Shown here piece after piece: positions 44,785 to 55,699 of a stretch of 64,000 nucleotides of DNA. A program made the translations under genes and the position numbers. The stretch covers positions 151,631 to 215,630 of the forward strand of contig CAYZGK010000001.1 of NCBI GenBank assembly GCA_964478025.1, in the 5' to 3' direction. Origin of the DNA: an uncultured Christensenella sp. (GTDB lineage Bacteria > Bacillota > Clostridia > Christensenellales > UBA3700). Within the stretch, counting starts at the first letter, position 1. Every line of letters begins with the position of its first letter. The notes beneath the pieces are model-generated. The model ran no database searches. It had not been told where the DNA came from and worked only from the letters and a program-made list of their open reading frames with translations.

Positions 44785-46668
44785 ATGGATACTAATCAAC
44801 CAATTTATTTATTTCACGAAGGAACTAATCATCAGGTCTATAAGTTATTAAGCCCACATCATGTTGTGGAAAATGGTAAAAATGGTTGGATATTTAGAGT
44901 ATGGGCACCACATGCAGTTTCTGTTAGTGTAGTTGGTGATTTTAACTATTGGGATAGAAATGTAAATCCTATGCAGAAAATAAGTGATGGTGTTTGGGAA
45001 GTATTTATTGAAGGTCCAAAAATTTACGATAACTATAAATATAGTATTGAAGCAAGAGATGGAAGAATTTTAACAAAGTCTGATCCATATGCTTTGCATA
45101 CTGAGACAGCACCTCAAAATGCATCTAAATTATATGAATCAACTTATAAATGGGGAGATTCTAAGTGGTTAAAATCTAGAGAAAACTTAAATCCTTATGA
45201 AAGTCCAATGAATATCTATGAACTTCATCTTGGAAGTTGGAGAAGATATCCAGATGGAAATTTTATGAATTATAGAGTAATTGCTGATGATTTGGCAGCT
45301 TATGTAAAAGAAATGGGTTATACCCATGTAGAGATACTTCCAATAACAGAGTATCCTTTTGATGGAAGTTGGGGATATCAAGTGACTGGCATGTATGCAC
45401 CAACATCTAGATATGGTACTCCGGATGATTTTAAATATTTTGTTGATGTTCTTCATAAAAATGGTATTGCAATTATCTTAGACTGGGTAGTTGCTCATTT
45501 CCCAAAGGATGAATATGGTCTATATGAGTTTGATGGAGAAAAAACTTATGAATATCAAGAAGATTGGAAATGTGAACATAAAGAATGGGGAACAAGAGTC
45601 TTTGATTATGGTAAAAATGAAGTAAAATCATTTTTAATATCTTCAGCTAACTTCTGGTTAAAAGAATATCATATCGATGGTATTAGAGTTGATGCAGTAG
45701 CTTCAATGTTATACCTAGATTATGGTAGAAAACCTGGTGAATGGAAGCCAAATTCTAAAGGTGGTAACTATAATTTAGAGGCAATAGAATTTTTCAAAAC
45801 ATTAAATTCTGCAGTTTTATCTGAAAATAAAGGAAAGATAATGATAGCAGAGGAATCAACTGCATTCCCGATGATTACAAAACCTGGTTATGATGGTGGC
45901 CTTGGATTTAATTTTAAGTGGAATATGGGCTGGATGAACGATATGCTTCGTTATGTATCTGCAGATCCTTTCTTTAGAAAAGATATGCATAATAATGTTA
46001 CATTCTCTATTACTTACGCATATAGTGAAAATTATGTTTTACCAATTTCACATGATGAAGTTGTACATGGAAAAGCTTCACTTTTAAATAAAATGCCAGG
46101 TGATTATCAACAAAAGTTTGATGGGGATAGAGCATTTATGGGTTATATGATGGGACATCCTGGAAAGAAGTTATTATTCATGGGATGTGAGTTCGGCCAA
46201 TTTATAGAGTGGGATTATAAAAAACAACTTGATTGGTTCTTACTTGATTATGACAGCCATAGAAGCTTACAAAAATTTGTAAAAGATTTGAATAAATATT
46301 ATTTAACTCATCCTGAAATGTATGAATTAGATACAACATATGATGGTTTTAAATGGATTAGTGCAGATGACAATACTCAAAATATTGTTACATTTAAAAG
46401 ATATGCTAAAAATGGGGATTATACAATAATTGTGGTAAACTTCTCTCCTGTTGCTAGAAAAGGTTACTCAATAGGTGTTCCAGATCTTACAACATATAAT
46501 GTAGTTTTAAATAGTGATGACTCAATTTATGGTGGACTTGGAACTTCTCCAAAGAAATATAAGGCAATAAAGGGAAATATGCATGGGGAAACTCAGATGA
46601 TAAATCTAGAGATTCCAGCTAATAGCGTTATGTATATTAAACCTGCAAAGAAAACAAGTAAAAAATAA
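44785..46668 (+). CDS. glgB: 1,4-alpha-glucan branching enzyme
   Basis: AAGGAG RBS. GH13 blocks DWVVAHF, GIRVDAV, AEEST, SHDEV. Ends KPAKKTSKK. Confidence 0.95.
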   Translation: MDTNQPIYLFHEGTNHQVYKLLSPHHVVENGKNGWIFRVWAPHAVSVSVVGDFNYWDRNVNPMQKISDGVWEVFIEGPKIYDNYKYSIEARDGRILTKSDPYALHTETAPQNASKLYESTYKWGDSKWLKSRENLNPYESPMNIYELHLGSWRRYPDGNFMNYRVIADDLAAYVKEMGYTHVEILPITEYPFDGSWGYQVTGMYAPTSRYGTPDDFKYFVDVLHKNGIAIILDWVVAHFPKDEYGLYEFDGEKTYEYQEDWKCEHKEWGTRVFDYGKNEVKSFLISSANFWLKEYHIDGIRVDAVASMLYLDYGRKPGEWKPNSKGGNYNLEAIEFFKTLNSAVLSENKGKIMIAEESTAFPMITKPGYDGGLGFNFKWNMGWMNDMLRYVSADPFFRKDMHNNVTFSITYAYSENYVLPISHDEVVHGKASLLNKMPGDYQQKFDGDRAFMGYMMGHPGKKLLFMGCEFGQFIEWDYKKQLDWFLLDYDSHRSLQKFVKDLNKYYLTHPEMYELDTTYDGFKWISADDNTQNIVTFKRYAKNGDYTIIVVNFSPVARKGYSIGVPDLTTYNVVLNSDDSIYGGLGTSPKKYKAIKGNMHGETQMINLEIPANSVMYIKPAKKTSKK

Positions 46669-46700
46669 TAAAGGGGAAAAATAAGGAGGAAAAGTAGACA

Positions 46701-47897
46701 ATGTATTCTACGAAAAAAGAATGTATAGCAATGTTGCTTGCAGGAGGTCAAGGTACAAGATTGTATTCATTGACAAGAGATGTAGCTAAACCTGCTGTAT
46801 CGTTTGGTGGAAAATATAGAATTATAGATTTCCCACTATCAAATTGTATCAATTCAAATATTGACACAATAGGTGTTTTAACACAGTATAAGCCATTTGA
46901 TTTGAACCAATATATAGGCAATGGCCAACCTTGGGATTTGGATAGAATGACAGGTGGTGTATTTGTATTACCTCCATATTCAAGAGGCGGCGAATCTGGT
47001 GACTGGTATAAAGGAACAGCAAACGCAATTTATCAAAATATAGAGTTCATAGACAAGTATTCTCCTGAATATGTATTAGTTTTATCAGGCGATCATATCT
47101 ATAAAATGGATTATGCTAAAATGCTTGAATACCATAAGGAAAAGAACTCAGATTGTACAATTGCGGTTTTAAATGTTCCACTAGCTGAAGCTTCACGTTT
47201 TGGTATTATGAACACAAATCCAGATAATTCAGTTTATGAGTTTGAAGAAAAACCAAAACAACCAAAAAGTACAAATGCTTCTATGGGTATTTATATCTTT
47301 AATTATCAAAAACTAAGAAAGTACTTAATTGATGATGAAGCTGATCCAAACTCAAGTAACGACTTTGGTAAGAACATAATTCCTAATATGCTTAAAGATG
47401 GTCAAAAGTTATTTGCATATAATTTTGAAGGTTATTGGAAAGACGTTGGAACTATCTCTTCTCTATGGGAAGCCAATATGGATATAATCGATGAAAATTC
47501 TGGAATTAATTTATCAGATAATTCATGGAAGATATATGCAAGAAATACAGCTGAGCCACCACACTTTGTTGGCAACAATGCAAAGATTGTAAATTCTTTA
47601 GTTACTGAAGGTTGTGAAGTTGAGGGTACAGTTATAAACTCCGTTATATCATCAGGCGTTAAAATTGCTGAAGGTGCCGTTGTTGAAAATTGTAATATTA
47701 TGCCTAATGCTCAAATCTTAGAAGGAGCGGTTGTTAAATATGCAATTATTGGACAAGGTGCTGTTGTAGGCAAGGGCGCTAAGATAGGAGATACTTTAAA
47801 AGAACCAGTAAATGGACAATGGCAAATTGCTGTTGTAGGTCCTTATGCAAAGGTTGCTGAAAACCAAGTAGTACCTGTTGGTGCTATGGTAGATTAA
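46701..47897 (+). CDS. glgC: glucose-1-phosphate adenylyltransferase
   Basis: [25 protein letters not shown]-terminal left-handed beta-helix repeats. Confidence 0.95.
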   Translation: MYSTKKECIAMLLAGGQGTRLYSLTRDVAKPAVSFGGKYRIIDFPLSNCINSNIDTIGVLTQYKPFDLNQYIGNGQPWDLDRMTGGVFVLPPYSRGGESGDWYKGTANAIYQNIEFIDKYSPEYVLVLSGDHIYKMDYAKMLEYHKEKNSDCTIAVLNVPLAEASRFGIMNTNPDNSVYEFEEKPKQPKSTNASMGIYIFNYQKLRKYLIDDEADPNSSNDFGKNIIPNMLKDGQKLFAYNFEGYWKDVGTISSLWEANMDIIDENSGINLSDNSWKIYARNTAEPPHFVGNNAKIVNSLVTEGCEVEGTVINSVISSGVKIAEGAVVENCNIMPNAQILEGAVVKYAIIGQGAVVGKGAKIGDTLKEPVNGQWQIAVVGPYAKVAENQVVPVGAMVD

Positions 47898-47910
47898 TAG
47901 GAGGTGCAAG

Positions 47911-49029
47911 ATGAATAATAATATGTTTAGCGTAATTTTCGCATCAGATCAAGAAACAAAACTAGATAATTTAGCATTACATAGAACAACAGCATCATTG
48001 CCTTTCTGTGCAAGATATAGATGTATAGACTTTACTTTATCTAATCTAGTAAACAGTAATGTTACCTCAATTGGAATCATAACAAAAAATAACTATTCTT
48101 CGTTGATGGACCATATCCGTATGGGTCGTGACTGGGATTTAAACAGAAAGAATGGTGGTATTGTAGTATTCCCTCCATATGCTTCAAATACAACAAGAAG
48201 CGTATTCAAAGGAAAAATCGAAGCTTTATATGGAATACTAGAGTTTATTGAAAAAGCTCCAGAAGAATATTGTATTGTAACAAATAGTAATATTATCTCA
48301 AATATTGATTTTGAAGATGTTTATAAACAACACATTGCAACAGGTGCAGATATAACTGTACTATCTTATTCAGCAAAGCCAACATCATCAAAAAGATTAT
48401 TGTTAGATTTGGATAAAGACTCTAAAGTTATTGGCTCTAGAATTACTCAAAGAGCAGATGATAACATCTTAGAGGTTGGTGTAAATATCTATTTATTAAA
48501 GAGAGATTTATTAAGAGATTTAGTTGTAGATAACTTTGAAAGAGGATTAATAGATTTTGAAAAGAATATAATTCAACAAAATGTAGATAATTTAAAAATC
48601 TATTCTTATCATATTGATCAACACTGCGCAATAATCGATGATATTAAATCATATTATAAAGAAAGTATGGCAGTACTTGACTTTGATGTTAGAGAATCAC
48701 TATTTGATGGAAAGGGTGGCAAAATCTACACTAAAGTTAAGGATAGTGTTCCAACAAGATATAGAGAAAATGCACTTATTAAAAATTCATTAATAGCCGA
48801 TGGTTGTGATATAAACGGAATTGTTGAAAATTCAATATTATTCAGAGGTGTAGTAGTTGAAGAGGGTGCAGTTATTAAAAATTCAATAATTATGGAAGGT
48901 GGAAAAATTCAAAAGAATGTTTCACTAAACTACATTATTACTGATAAAAATGTTACAGTTACTGAAGATAGAACAATGAGTGGTTCTGAGCTATATCCTG
49001 AAGTAATTGCAAAGAATAAAACTGTTTAA
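47911..49029 (+). CDS. glgD: glucose-1-phosphate adenylyltransferase regulatory subunit
   Basis: GlgC paralog lacking the GGxGxRL loop. Position matches the Bacillus-type glgBCDAP order. Confidence 0.85.
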   Translation: MNNNMFSVIFASDQETKLDNLALHRTTASLPFCARYRCIDFTLSNLVNSNVTSIGIITKNNYSSLMDHIRMGRDWDLNRKNGGIVVFPPYASNTTRSVFKGKIEALYGILEFIEKAPEEYCIVTNSNIISNIDFEDVYKQHIATGADITVLSYSAKPTSSKRLLLDLDKDSKVIGSRITQRADDNILEVGVNIYLLKRDLLRDLVVDNFERGLIDFEKNIIQQNVDNLKIYSYHIDQHCAIIDDIKSYYKESMAVLDFDVRESLFDGKGGKIYTKVKDSVPTRYRENALIKNSLIADGCDINGIVENSILFRGVVVEEGAVIKNSIIMEGGKIQKNVSLNYIITDKNVTVTEDRTMSGSELYPEVIAKNKTV

Positions 49030-49052
49030 TTAAAAAGGAGGATTTACCTTAT

Positions 49053-50570
49053 ATGGCAGAAGCAAAAAAGACAACAAAAAAGAAAACCTTAGTAAAGGAA
49101 GTTAAAGATTGTGTCAATAAAGATTTAACCAATAAAAAGGAAAATAATATGAAAGTATTATTTGTTGCTGGTGAGGCAAATCCTTTTATAAAAACAGGAG
49201 GGCTTGCTGATGTTGCGGGCGCACTTCCTGCTGCACTTGTTGAAAAAGGTGTTGATGCAAGAGTCATGATACCTTTATATCAAGATATTCCACAAGACTA
49301 CAAAAACAATATGAAATATATTGGAAATTGTTATGTTCAATTGTCTTGGAGAAGCCAATACTGCGGTGTATTTACATATAACTATCAAGGAGTTATTTAT
49401 TACTTTATAGATAACGAATTCTATTTTAAAAGACATGGAATTTATGGCCACTATGATGATGGTGAAAGATTCGCTTTCTTCAGTAAAGCTATACTTGAAG
49501 TTTTAAAATTGATAGATTTTGCTCCAGATATTATTCATGCTAATGATTGGCATACAGCGCTTGTTCCAGTATTTTTGGATTGTTTCTATAGAGGAGATGA
49601 GTATTGTAAGAACGCAAAAACAGTTTATACAATTCATAATATAGAATTCCAAGGACAATATGGAGATAACTTAATTGGAGATATCTTAGGGTTAAACAAT
49701 GACCAAGCTATGTTAATTAGATATGGTGATTGTGTTAACTATATGAAAGGTGGTATTGAAAGTGCCTCTAGAGTAACAACAGTTTCTCCATCTTATGCAA
49801 ATGAAATTCTAGACCCATACTATGGATATGGTATGCAAGGTATATTAAATGAAAGAAAGTGGAAATTATCAGGAATTGTTAACGGAATAGATACTGTTAA
49901 AAATGATCCTATGACAGATAAATCTTTATTTGTTAACTATAATTTACAAACATTTGAAAATAAAAAGGCAAATAAAACAGGTCTTCAAGAATTACTTGGA
50001 CTTCCAGTTAATGAAAATGTTCCAATGATAGGAATGGTTGGTAGATTAACTCATCAAAAAGGTATCGATTTAGTTACAGCAGTGCTAGAGAGAATCCTTG
50101 ATATGGATGTTCAATTAATTGTTTTAGGTACAGGAGATTGGAAGTATGAAAACATTTTAAAGGATATGCAAAATAGATATCCTGGAAAACTAAGGTCATT
50201 GATTTGCTTTTCTTCTGACATGGCAAGTAAAATATATGGTGCATCAGATATGTTCCTAATGCCTTCAAAGTTTGAACCATGTGGATTATCTCAAATGATA
50301 GCAATGCGTTACGGCTCAGTTCCAATTGTTAGATTAACAGGAGGACTAAAAGATACAGTAATGGGTTATAACCATGAAACTAAAGAAGGAGAAGGATTTA
50401 CTTTCTTAACATATAATGCATCTGATATGCTATATGCAATAGAAAGAGCAGTAGGATTATATAGAGACTACAAGGAAGATTGGAAGCAAGTTGTTGAAAA
50501 TGGAATGAAGAAAGATTTCAGTTGGTCAACAATAGCTCAACAATATTTAGATTTATACAAAAGTATATAA
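49053..50570 (+). CDS. glgA: glycogen synthase; canonical N-terminus begins at Met33 (49149), and the upstream ATG adds a Lys-rich 32-aa extension
   Basis: MKVLFVAGEANPFIKTGGLADV, plus E...PCGL..M near the C-terminus. GGAGG 49037-49041 lies 11 nt before ATG 49053; a weaker AAGGA precedes 49149. Confidence 0.9.
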   Translation: MAEAKKTTKKKTLVKEVKDCVNKDLTNKKENNMKVLFVAGEANPFIKTGGLADVAGALPAALVEKGVDARVMIPLYQDIPQDYKNNMKYIGNCYVQLSWRSQYCGVFTYNYQGVIYYFIDNEFYFKRHGIYGHYDDGERFAFFSKAILEVLKLIDFAPDIIHANDWHTALVPVFLDCFYRGDEYCKNAKTVYTIHNIEFQGQYGDNLIGDILGLNNDQAMLIRYGDCVNYMKGGIESASRVTTVSPSYANEILDPYYGYGMQGILNERKWKLSGIVNGIDTVKNDPMTDKSLFVNYNLQTFENKKANKTGLQELLGLPVNENVPMIGMVGRLTHQKGIDLVTAVLERILDMDVQLIVLGTGDWKYENILKDMQNRYPGKLRSLICFSSDMASKIYGASDMFLMPSKFEPCGLSQMIAMRYGSVPIVRLTGGLKDTVMGYNHETKEGEGFTFLTYNASDMLYAIERAVGLYRDYKEDWKQVVENGMKKDFSWSTIAQQYLDLYKSI

Positions 50571-50631
50571 TACATTTTTATATTTATAAGGTGGGAAAAA
50601 ATAAATATTAAAAAGGTAGGCAAATAAAAAA

Positions 50632-53124
50632 ATGGAAAAACTTAGCACGAAAGAACTTAAGGAAATCATTGAAGGTAAATGTCAAAGATATTTTGGTAAG
50701 CCATACACTGCTGTTAGTAAGCATCAATTATATAAAGCAGTTTGCTACACAGTAAGAGATATCCTTACAGAAAACAGATTAGAGTTCAAGAGAAAAAGAA
50801 TTCAACAAGAAACTAAGCAAGTATACTATATGTCAATGGAATTCTTAATTGGTAAGTCATTAAAGAACCACTTATTCAATTTAGGAATGACAGAAGAGTT
50901 TGAAACAGTTTGCAAAGAATTAGGAACAACTCTTGAAGAGTTATATGATATAGAGCCAGATGCAGGACTTGGTAATGGTGGCCTTGGAAGATTAGCTGCC
51001 GCATACATGGAGTCATTAACAAATATGAACTATGTAGCATCAGGTTTCTCAATTAAGTATGATTACGGTATTTTTAAACAAAAGATCAATGATGGTTGGC
51101 AATTAGAGCTTGCAGATGACTGGCTTTCAAATGGAGATGTATGGCTTGCTCCACGTGAGGAAGATACATTTAGAGTTAAGTTCGGTGGCCAAGTAAATCA
51201 AAGATGGGAAAATGGTAGATTATATATTGACCAAGTTAATGCATATGAAGTTGATGCAGTTCCTTATGATATGAATGTTTCAGGTTATCATGTGCCTGCA
51301 GTAAATAAGTTAAGACTTTGGACAGCAAAGGCTCCTAATGATTTTGATATGCAATTATTCGCACAAGGTGAATATGTTAAATCTCTAGAGCAAAAGGCTT
51401 TAGCAGAAAGTATTTGTAAAGTTTTATATCCAGCTGACCACCATATTGAAGGTAAGCAATTAAGATTAAAACAACAATATTTCTTTGTTTCTGCTTCAAT
51501 TCAATCAATATTTAAAAAGCATATTAGAGATTATGGTTCGTTAGATTCACTTCCAGAGAAGGTAGCTATTCATATTAATGATACTCATCCAACATTATGT
51601 ATTCCAGAAATGATGAGATTATTATTAGATGAATATGGTTATTCTTGGGAAAAAGCATGGGATATTGTTACAAAAACTGTTGCTTATACAAATCACACAG
51701 TTATGGCAGAAGCTCTTGAAAAATGGCCAGAAGATTTATTTAAATCTTTACTTCCTAGAATTTATCAAATTGTTTGTGAGATTAATCAAAGATTCTGTAA
51801 TGAATTATGGGAATTCTATCCTAATGACTGGGGTAAGGTTTCATATAACTCAATTATGTCAAATGGACAAATTAAGATGGCAAATCTTTGCTTAGCTGCC
51901 TCTCATACTATTAATGGTGTTTCAGCACTTCACTCACAAATTTTAAAGGATAGTGTATTCCATGATTATTACAAGATGCATCCACTTAAGTTTACTAATG
52001 TAACAAATGGTATTACATATAGAAGATGGTTATGTTCAGCAAATAAGGAATTGAGTGATTATATTGAAACTTTAATTGGGCCAAGCTTTAAAGATAATGC
52101 TGATGATTTAAAGAAACTTGTTGAATTCCAATCTAATAAGAAAGTATTAGATAAAATCATGGAAATTAAGAAGAATAATAAATTAGTACTTGCTCAATAT
52201 ATTAAAGAAAACAATGGAATTGATGTAGATCCTAACTCAATATTTGATGTTCAAGTAAAGAGATTACATGAATATAAGAGACAACTTTTAAATGCACTTC
52301 ATATTTTGGACTTATATTATAGATTAAAGGCTAATCCAAACTTAGATATTAATCCAAGAACATTTATATTTGGTGCTAAGGCTGCTCCTTCATATTATAT
52401 GGCAAAACAAATTATTAAATTAATTTGGTGCTTAGGAGAGCAAATCAATAACGACCCAGATGTTAATGGAAAGATTAAGGTTGTATTCCTTGAAAACTAT
52501 AGAGTATCTCTAGCAGAAATAATAATGCCAGCTTCTGATGTTTCTGAGCAAATTTCAATTGCAGGAAAAGAAGCCTCAGGTACAGGTAATATGAAGTTTA
52601 TGATAAATGGTGCTGTTACAATTGGTACTATGGATGGTGCTAATATTGAAATTCATCAAAACGTTGGTGATGAAAATATTTTCATCTTTGGAAAACTTGC
52701 TAGTGAAATTGATGAAATCAATAGAAATGGATATGAACCAACATATTACTATAACAACAACCCAAGAATTAAAGCAGTTATTGATGGCTTACGTTCAGGT
52801 ATTGCTGGTGTTGAGTTTAATGAAATTGCAGACTCATTACTTGGTTCAGATACTTATAAAGTTCTATGTGATTTTGAATCATATTGTGATGCTCAAGAAA
52901 AACTAGATAAAGCATATTCAGATAAGTATCGTTGGGCTAGAATGTCTTTAATGAATACAGCTAACGCAGGATTCTTCTCATCTGATAGAGCAGTTAAAGA
53001 ATATGTTGATAGAATTTGGCATTTAACTCCTGTAGATTTTAACAAGGTAGTTAAAGCAAAGGCTCCAGCTGCTAAAAAAGCTGAAACAAAAAAACCAGTT
53101 GCTAAAAAAACAACTAAGAAATAG
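50632..53124 (+). CDS. glgP: glycogen phosphorylase
   Basis: GLGNGGLGRLAA, EASGTGNMKF (PLP lysine block). Lys/Ala-rich C-terminal tail ending AKKTTKK. Confidence 0.95.
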   Translation: MEKLSTKELKEIIEGKCQRYFGKPYTAVSKHQLYKAVCYTVRDILTENRLEFKRKRIQQETKQVYYMSMEFLIGKSLKNHLFNLGMTEEFETVCKELGTTLEELYDIEPDAGLGNGGLGRLAAAYMESLTNMNYVASGFSIKYDYGIFKQKINDGWQLELADDWLSNGDVWLAPREEDTFRVKFGGQVNQRWENGRLYIDQVNAYEVDAVPYDMNVSGYHVPAVNKLRLWTAKAPNDFDMQLFAQGEYVKSLEQKALAESICKVLYPADHHIEGKQLRLKQQYFFVSASIQSIFKKHIRDYGSLDSLPEKVAIHINDTHPTLCIPEMMRLLLDEYGYSWEKAWDIVTKTVAYTNHTVMAEALEKWPEDLFKSLLPRIYQIVCEINQRFCNELWEFYPNDWGKVSYNSIMSNGQIKMANLCLAASHTINGVSALHSQILKDSVFHDYYKMHPLKFTNVTNGITYRRWLCSANKELSDYIETLIGPSFKDNADDLKKLVEFQSNKKVLDKIMEIKKNNKLVLAQYIKENNGIDVDPNSIFDVQVKRLHEYKRQLLNALHILDLYYRLKANPNLDINPRTFIFGAKAAPSYYMAKQIIKLIWCLGEQINNDPDVNGKIKVVFLENYRVSLAEIIMPASDVSEQISIAGKEASGTGNMKFMINGAVTIGTMDGANIEIHQNVGDENIFIFGKLASEIDEINRNGYEPTYYYNNNPRIKAVIDGLRSGIAGVEFNEIADSLLGSDTYKVLCDFESYCDAQEKLDKAYSDKYRWARMSLMNTANAGFFSSDRAVKEYVDRIWHLTPVDFNKVVKAKAPAAKKAETKKPVAKKTTKK

Positions 53125-53129
53125 TATCT

Positions 53130-54938
53130 ATGGAAATCTACTTTGATAGTAAAGATCCTAGATGTAAGACTCCTTTTGGTGCAGTATCGACTGACGATTC
53201 GTTAGAATTAAACGTCTACTGCAAAGATGGAGTATTCATTAATAAAGCTAAAGTTATTGTTTATAAAGATGGACAAGAGGTTCCTTTTGAGTACCCTCTT
53301 GTCTATTCTTTTACAAAAGATGGAACATCATGTTTTAAGATGATAGAAAACAATTTAGATGTTGGTCTTTATTGGTATAGCTTTGAATTTGATACTGAAG
53401 AGGGAATAGTTAAGAAAGACTTAAATGGTTATGGCTACCAACTTACAGTTTATGATAGAAAATATAAAACACCAGAATTTGCTAAAGGTGGAATAATCTA
53501 TCATATATTTGTAGATAGATTTAATAAGGGTAAAGATGACTCGATTACTTTTAATAAAAACGGAGTGCTTAAAAACTGGAACGAGAAGGTAACATTAAAA
53601 GATCCAGATGGCGTGTATAGAGCTAATGACTTTTATGGTGGTAATTTCCAAGGTATAATAGATAAACTTGATTACTTAAAAGAATTAAATGTTTCTATTA
53701 TTTATTTATCTCCAATATTTAAATCTTCTTCAACTCATAGATATGATACAGGCGATTATTTGCAAGTTGATGAACTACTAGGTTCAGAAAATAAATTTAA
53801 GGAATTAATCGATACAGCCCACGAAAAAGGCATGGAAATAATGCTCGATGGTGTATTTAATCATACGGGCGCAGATAGCCTTTACTTTAATAAATTTAAT
53901 AATTATCCATCAGTTGGTGCATATCAATCTAAACAAAGCCCATACTATAACTGGTATACATTTTATGATTTTCCAGATAATTATCATTGTTGGTGGGGAG
54001 TTACAGTTTGCCCAACTATAAAGCCTGTTCCTAATGGATTTAGAGATTTAATTACAAACCCAATTAATGGAGTTATAAAGAAGTGGACCTCACTTGGTGT
54101 AAAGGGGTGGAGATTAGATGTTGTTGATGAACTTGCAGAAGATTTTGTTAAAGATATAAGAAAGGCAATTAAAAGTTCAAATAAAGATGCATTAATGATT
54201 GGCGAGGTTTGGGAAGATGCTTCTAATAAGATAGCATATGAGTATAGAAGACATTATTTCCAAGGTGAAGAGTTAGATGGCGTTATGAATTATGTTTTTA
54301 AAACAGCAATTCTTGATTATGTAAATAGTGGTGATGCAAAAATCTTTAAAAATAGAGTTGAGGAAATTATTGAAAATTATCCTAAGCAATCTTTAGATTG
54401 CTCAATGAATCTTATTGGAACTCACGATACAATTCGTGCACTTACAGTGCTTTCTGGTGCAGTTGGAAAATTAGAAACAAAAGAAGCTAAAAGAGATTAT
54501 AGATTAAATGAAGAAGAATATAGCTTAGCTTCTAAAAAATTAAAGATAGCCTCTGCTCTTCAATTTATATTGCCAGGTATTCCATCAATTTATTATGGTG
54601 ATGAAATAGGAATGCAAGGATTTGAAGATCCTATGAATAGAGAGCCAATGACGTGGGGGAATATTGATGAGGATATTCATAACCATTATATAAAGCTTGG
54701 TAATATTAGAAATAAATATAAAAATGAAATGGTAGGAGACACTATTATTGAAAATAATGATGGTGTTTTAGTTATAAAAAGAGTTGCTAAAAAGAGCATC
54801 ACTTTAGTTGCAAACACAAGCGGTGAAATGAAATTTTATGAATTAAAAAATGATTCTATAGATTTATTAACTGGCAAGAAATGTTTAAAAGGAAAGTTAG
54901 TGTTAGATAGTAACTTGGTGTATATTTTTGAGGAATAA
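53130..54938 (+). CDS. GH13 alpha-amylase-family enzyme with N-terminal E-set domain (neopullulanase/cyclomaltodextrinase-like)
   Basis: DGVFNHTG, GWRLDVVDE, IGEVWED, GTHDT. Confidence 0.85.
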   Translation: MEIYFDSKDPRCKTPFGAVSTDDSLELNVYCKDGVFINKAKVIVYKDGQEVPFEYPLVYSFTKDGTSCFKMIENNLDVGLYWYSFEFDTEEGIVKKDLNGYGYQLTVYDRKYKTPEFAKGGIIYHIFVDRFNKGKDDSITFNKNGVLKNWNEKVTLKDPDGVYRANDFYGGNFQGIIDKLDYLKELNVSIIYLSPIFKSSSTHRYDTGDYLQVDELLGSENKFKELIDTAHEKGMEIMLDGVFNHTGADSLYFNKFNNYPSVGAYQSKQSPYYNWYTFYDFPDNYHCWWGVTVCPTIKPVPNGFRDLITNPINGVIKKWTSLGVKGWRLDVVDELAEDFVKDIRKAIKSSNKDALMIGEVWEDASNKIAYEYRRHYFQGEELDGVMNYVFKTAILDYVNSGDAKIFKNRVEEIIENYPKQSLDCSMNLIGTHDTIRALTVLSGAVGKLETKEAKRDYRLNEEEYSLASKKLKIASALQFILPGIPSIYYGDEIGMQGFEDPMNREPMTWGNIDEDIHNHYIKLGNIRNKYKNEMVGDTIIENNDGVLVIKRVAKKSITLVANTSGEMKFYELKNDSIDLLTGKKCLKGKLVLDSNLVYIFEE

Positions 54939-55699
54939 TGGAAAATTTAATATTAGGTGATTTTCATTCTCATACAGTTTTTTCTCATGGAAAAGGTACC
55001 ATCGAGGATAATGTAAAGAAGGCTATAGAAAAAGGTTTAAAAGCTATAGCAATAACTGACCATGGTTTTGGTCAAAAGTTCGCTGGAATTACACCTAAAT
55101 CTTTTTTGGAAATGCAAAAAGAAGTTGAAAGATTAAAACCTCTTTATCCTCAAATAAAGATTTTGCTTGGAGTTGAAGCAAATATTGTTAATAAAGATGG
55201 CAAAGTTGATTTAACAAAAGAGCAAGCGGAAATGATGGATATAATTCTTTGTGGTTTCCATATGTCTGCAACAGAATGGAAAATAAAGAGTTTATTTGAT
55301 ATGGTTCCACAAGCAATTTTATGGAAAATGGGAAGTAGATCAACTTGGCAAAGAGAGATTAATACAAAAACTTATTTAAATGTAATAGAAAATTATCCTA
55401 TTGATGTATTAACTCACCCAGGCCATACATTAGATGTGAATTATTTAGATATAGGAAATGCATGCGCAAATAAAGGCACCTATATAGAAATTTCATCAAG
55501 ACATAAAATTCCAACTGAGGAAGCTTTGTTAGAATTATTAAAAACTGATGTTAAATTTATTATTAATTCAGATGCTCATAAAGTAAATGAAATAGGTGAA
55601 TACAACTACGCTGTATCTTTAATGAATAAATACAAGTTGCAAGATAGAGTAGTGAATTATAAGAACATAGATTTTCCATTAAGGTCAAAGAAAAAATGA
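54938..55699 (+). CDS. PHP-domain phosphoesterase
   Basis: DFHSHT..S.G, AITDHG, C-terminal SDAH. Confidence 0.75.
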   Translation: MENLILGDFHSHTVFSHGKGTIEDNVKKAIEKGLKAIAITDHGFGQKFAGITPKSFLEMQKEVERLKPLYPQIKILLGVEANIVNKDGKVDLTKEQAEMMDIILCGFHMSATEWKIKSLFDMVPQAILWKMGSRSTWQREINTKTYLNVIENYPIDVLTHPGHTLDVNYLDIGNACANKGTYIEISSRHKIPTEEALLELLKTDVKFIINSDAHKVNEIGEYNYAVSLMNKYKLQDRVVNYKNIDFPLRSKKK

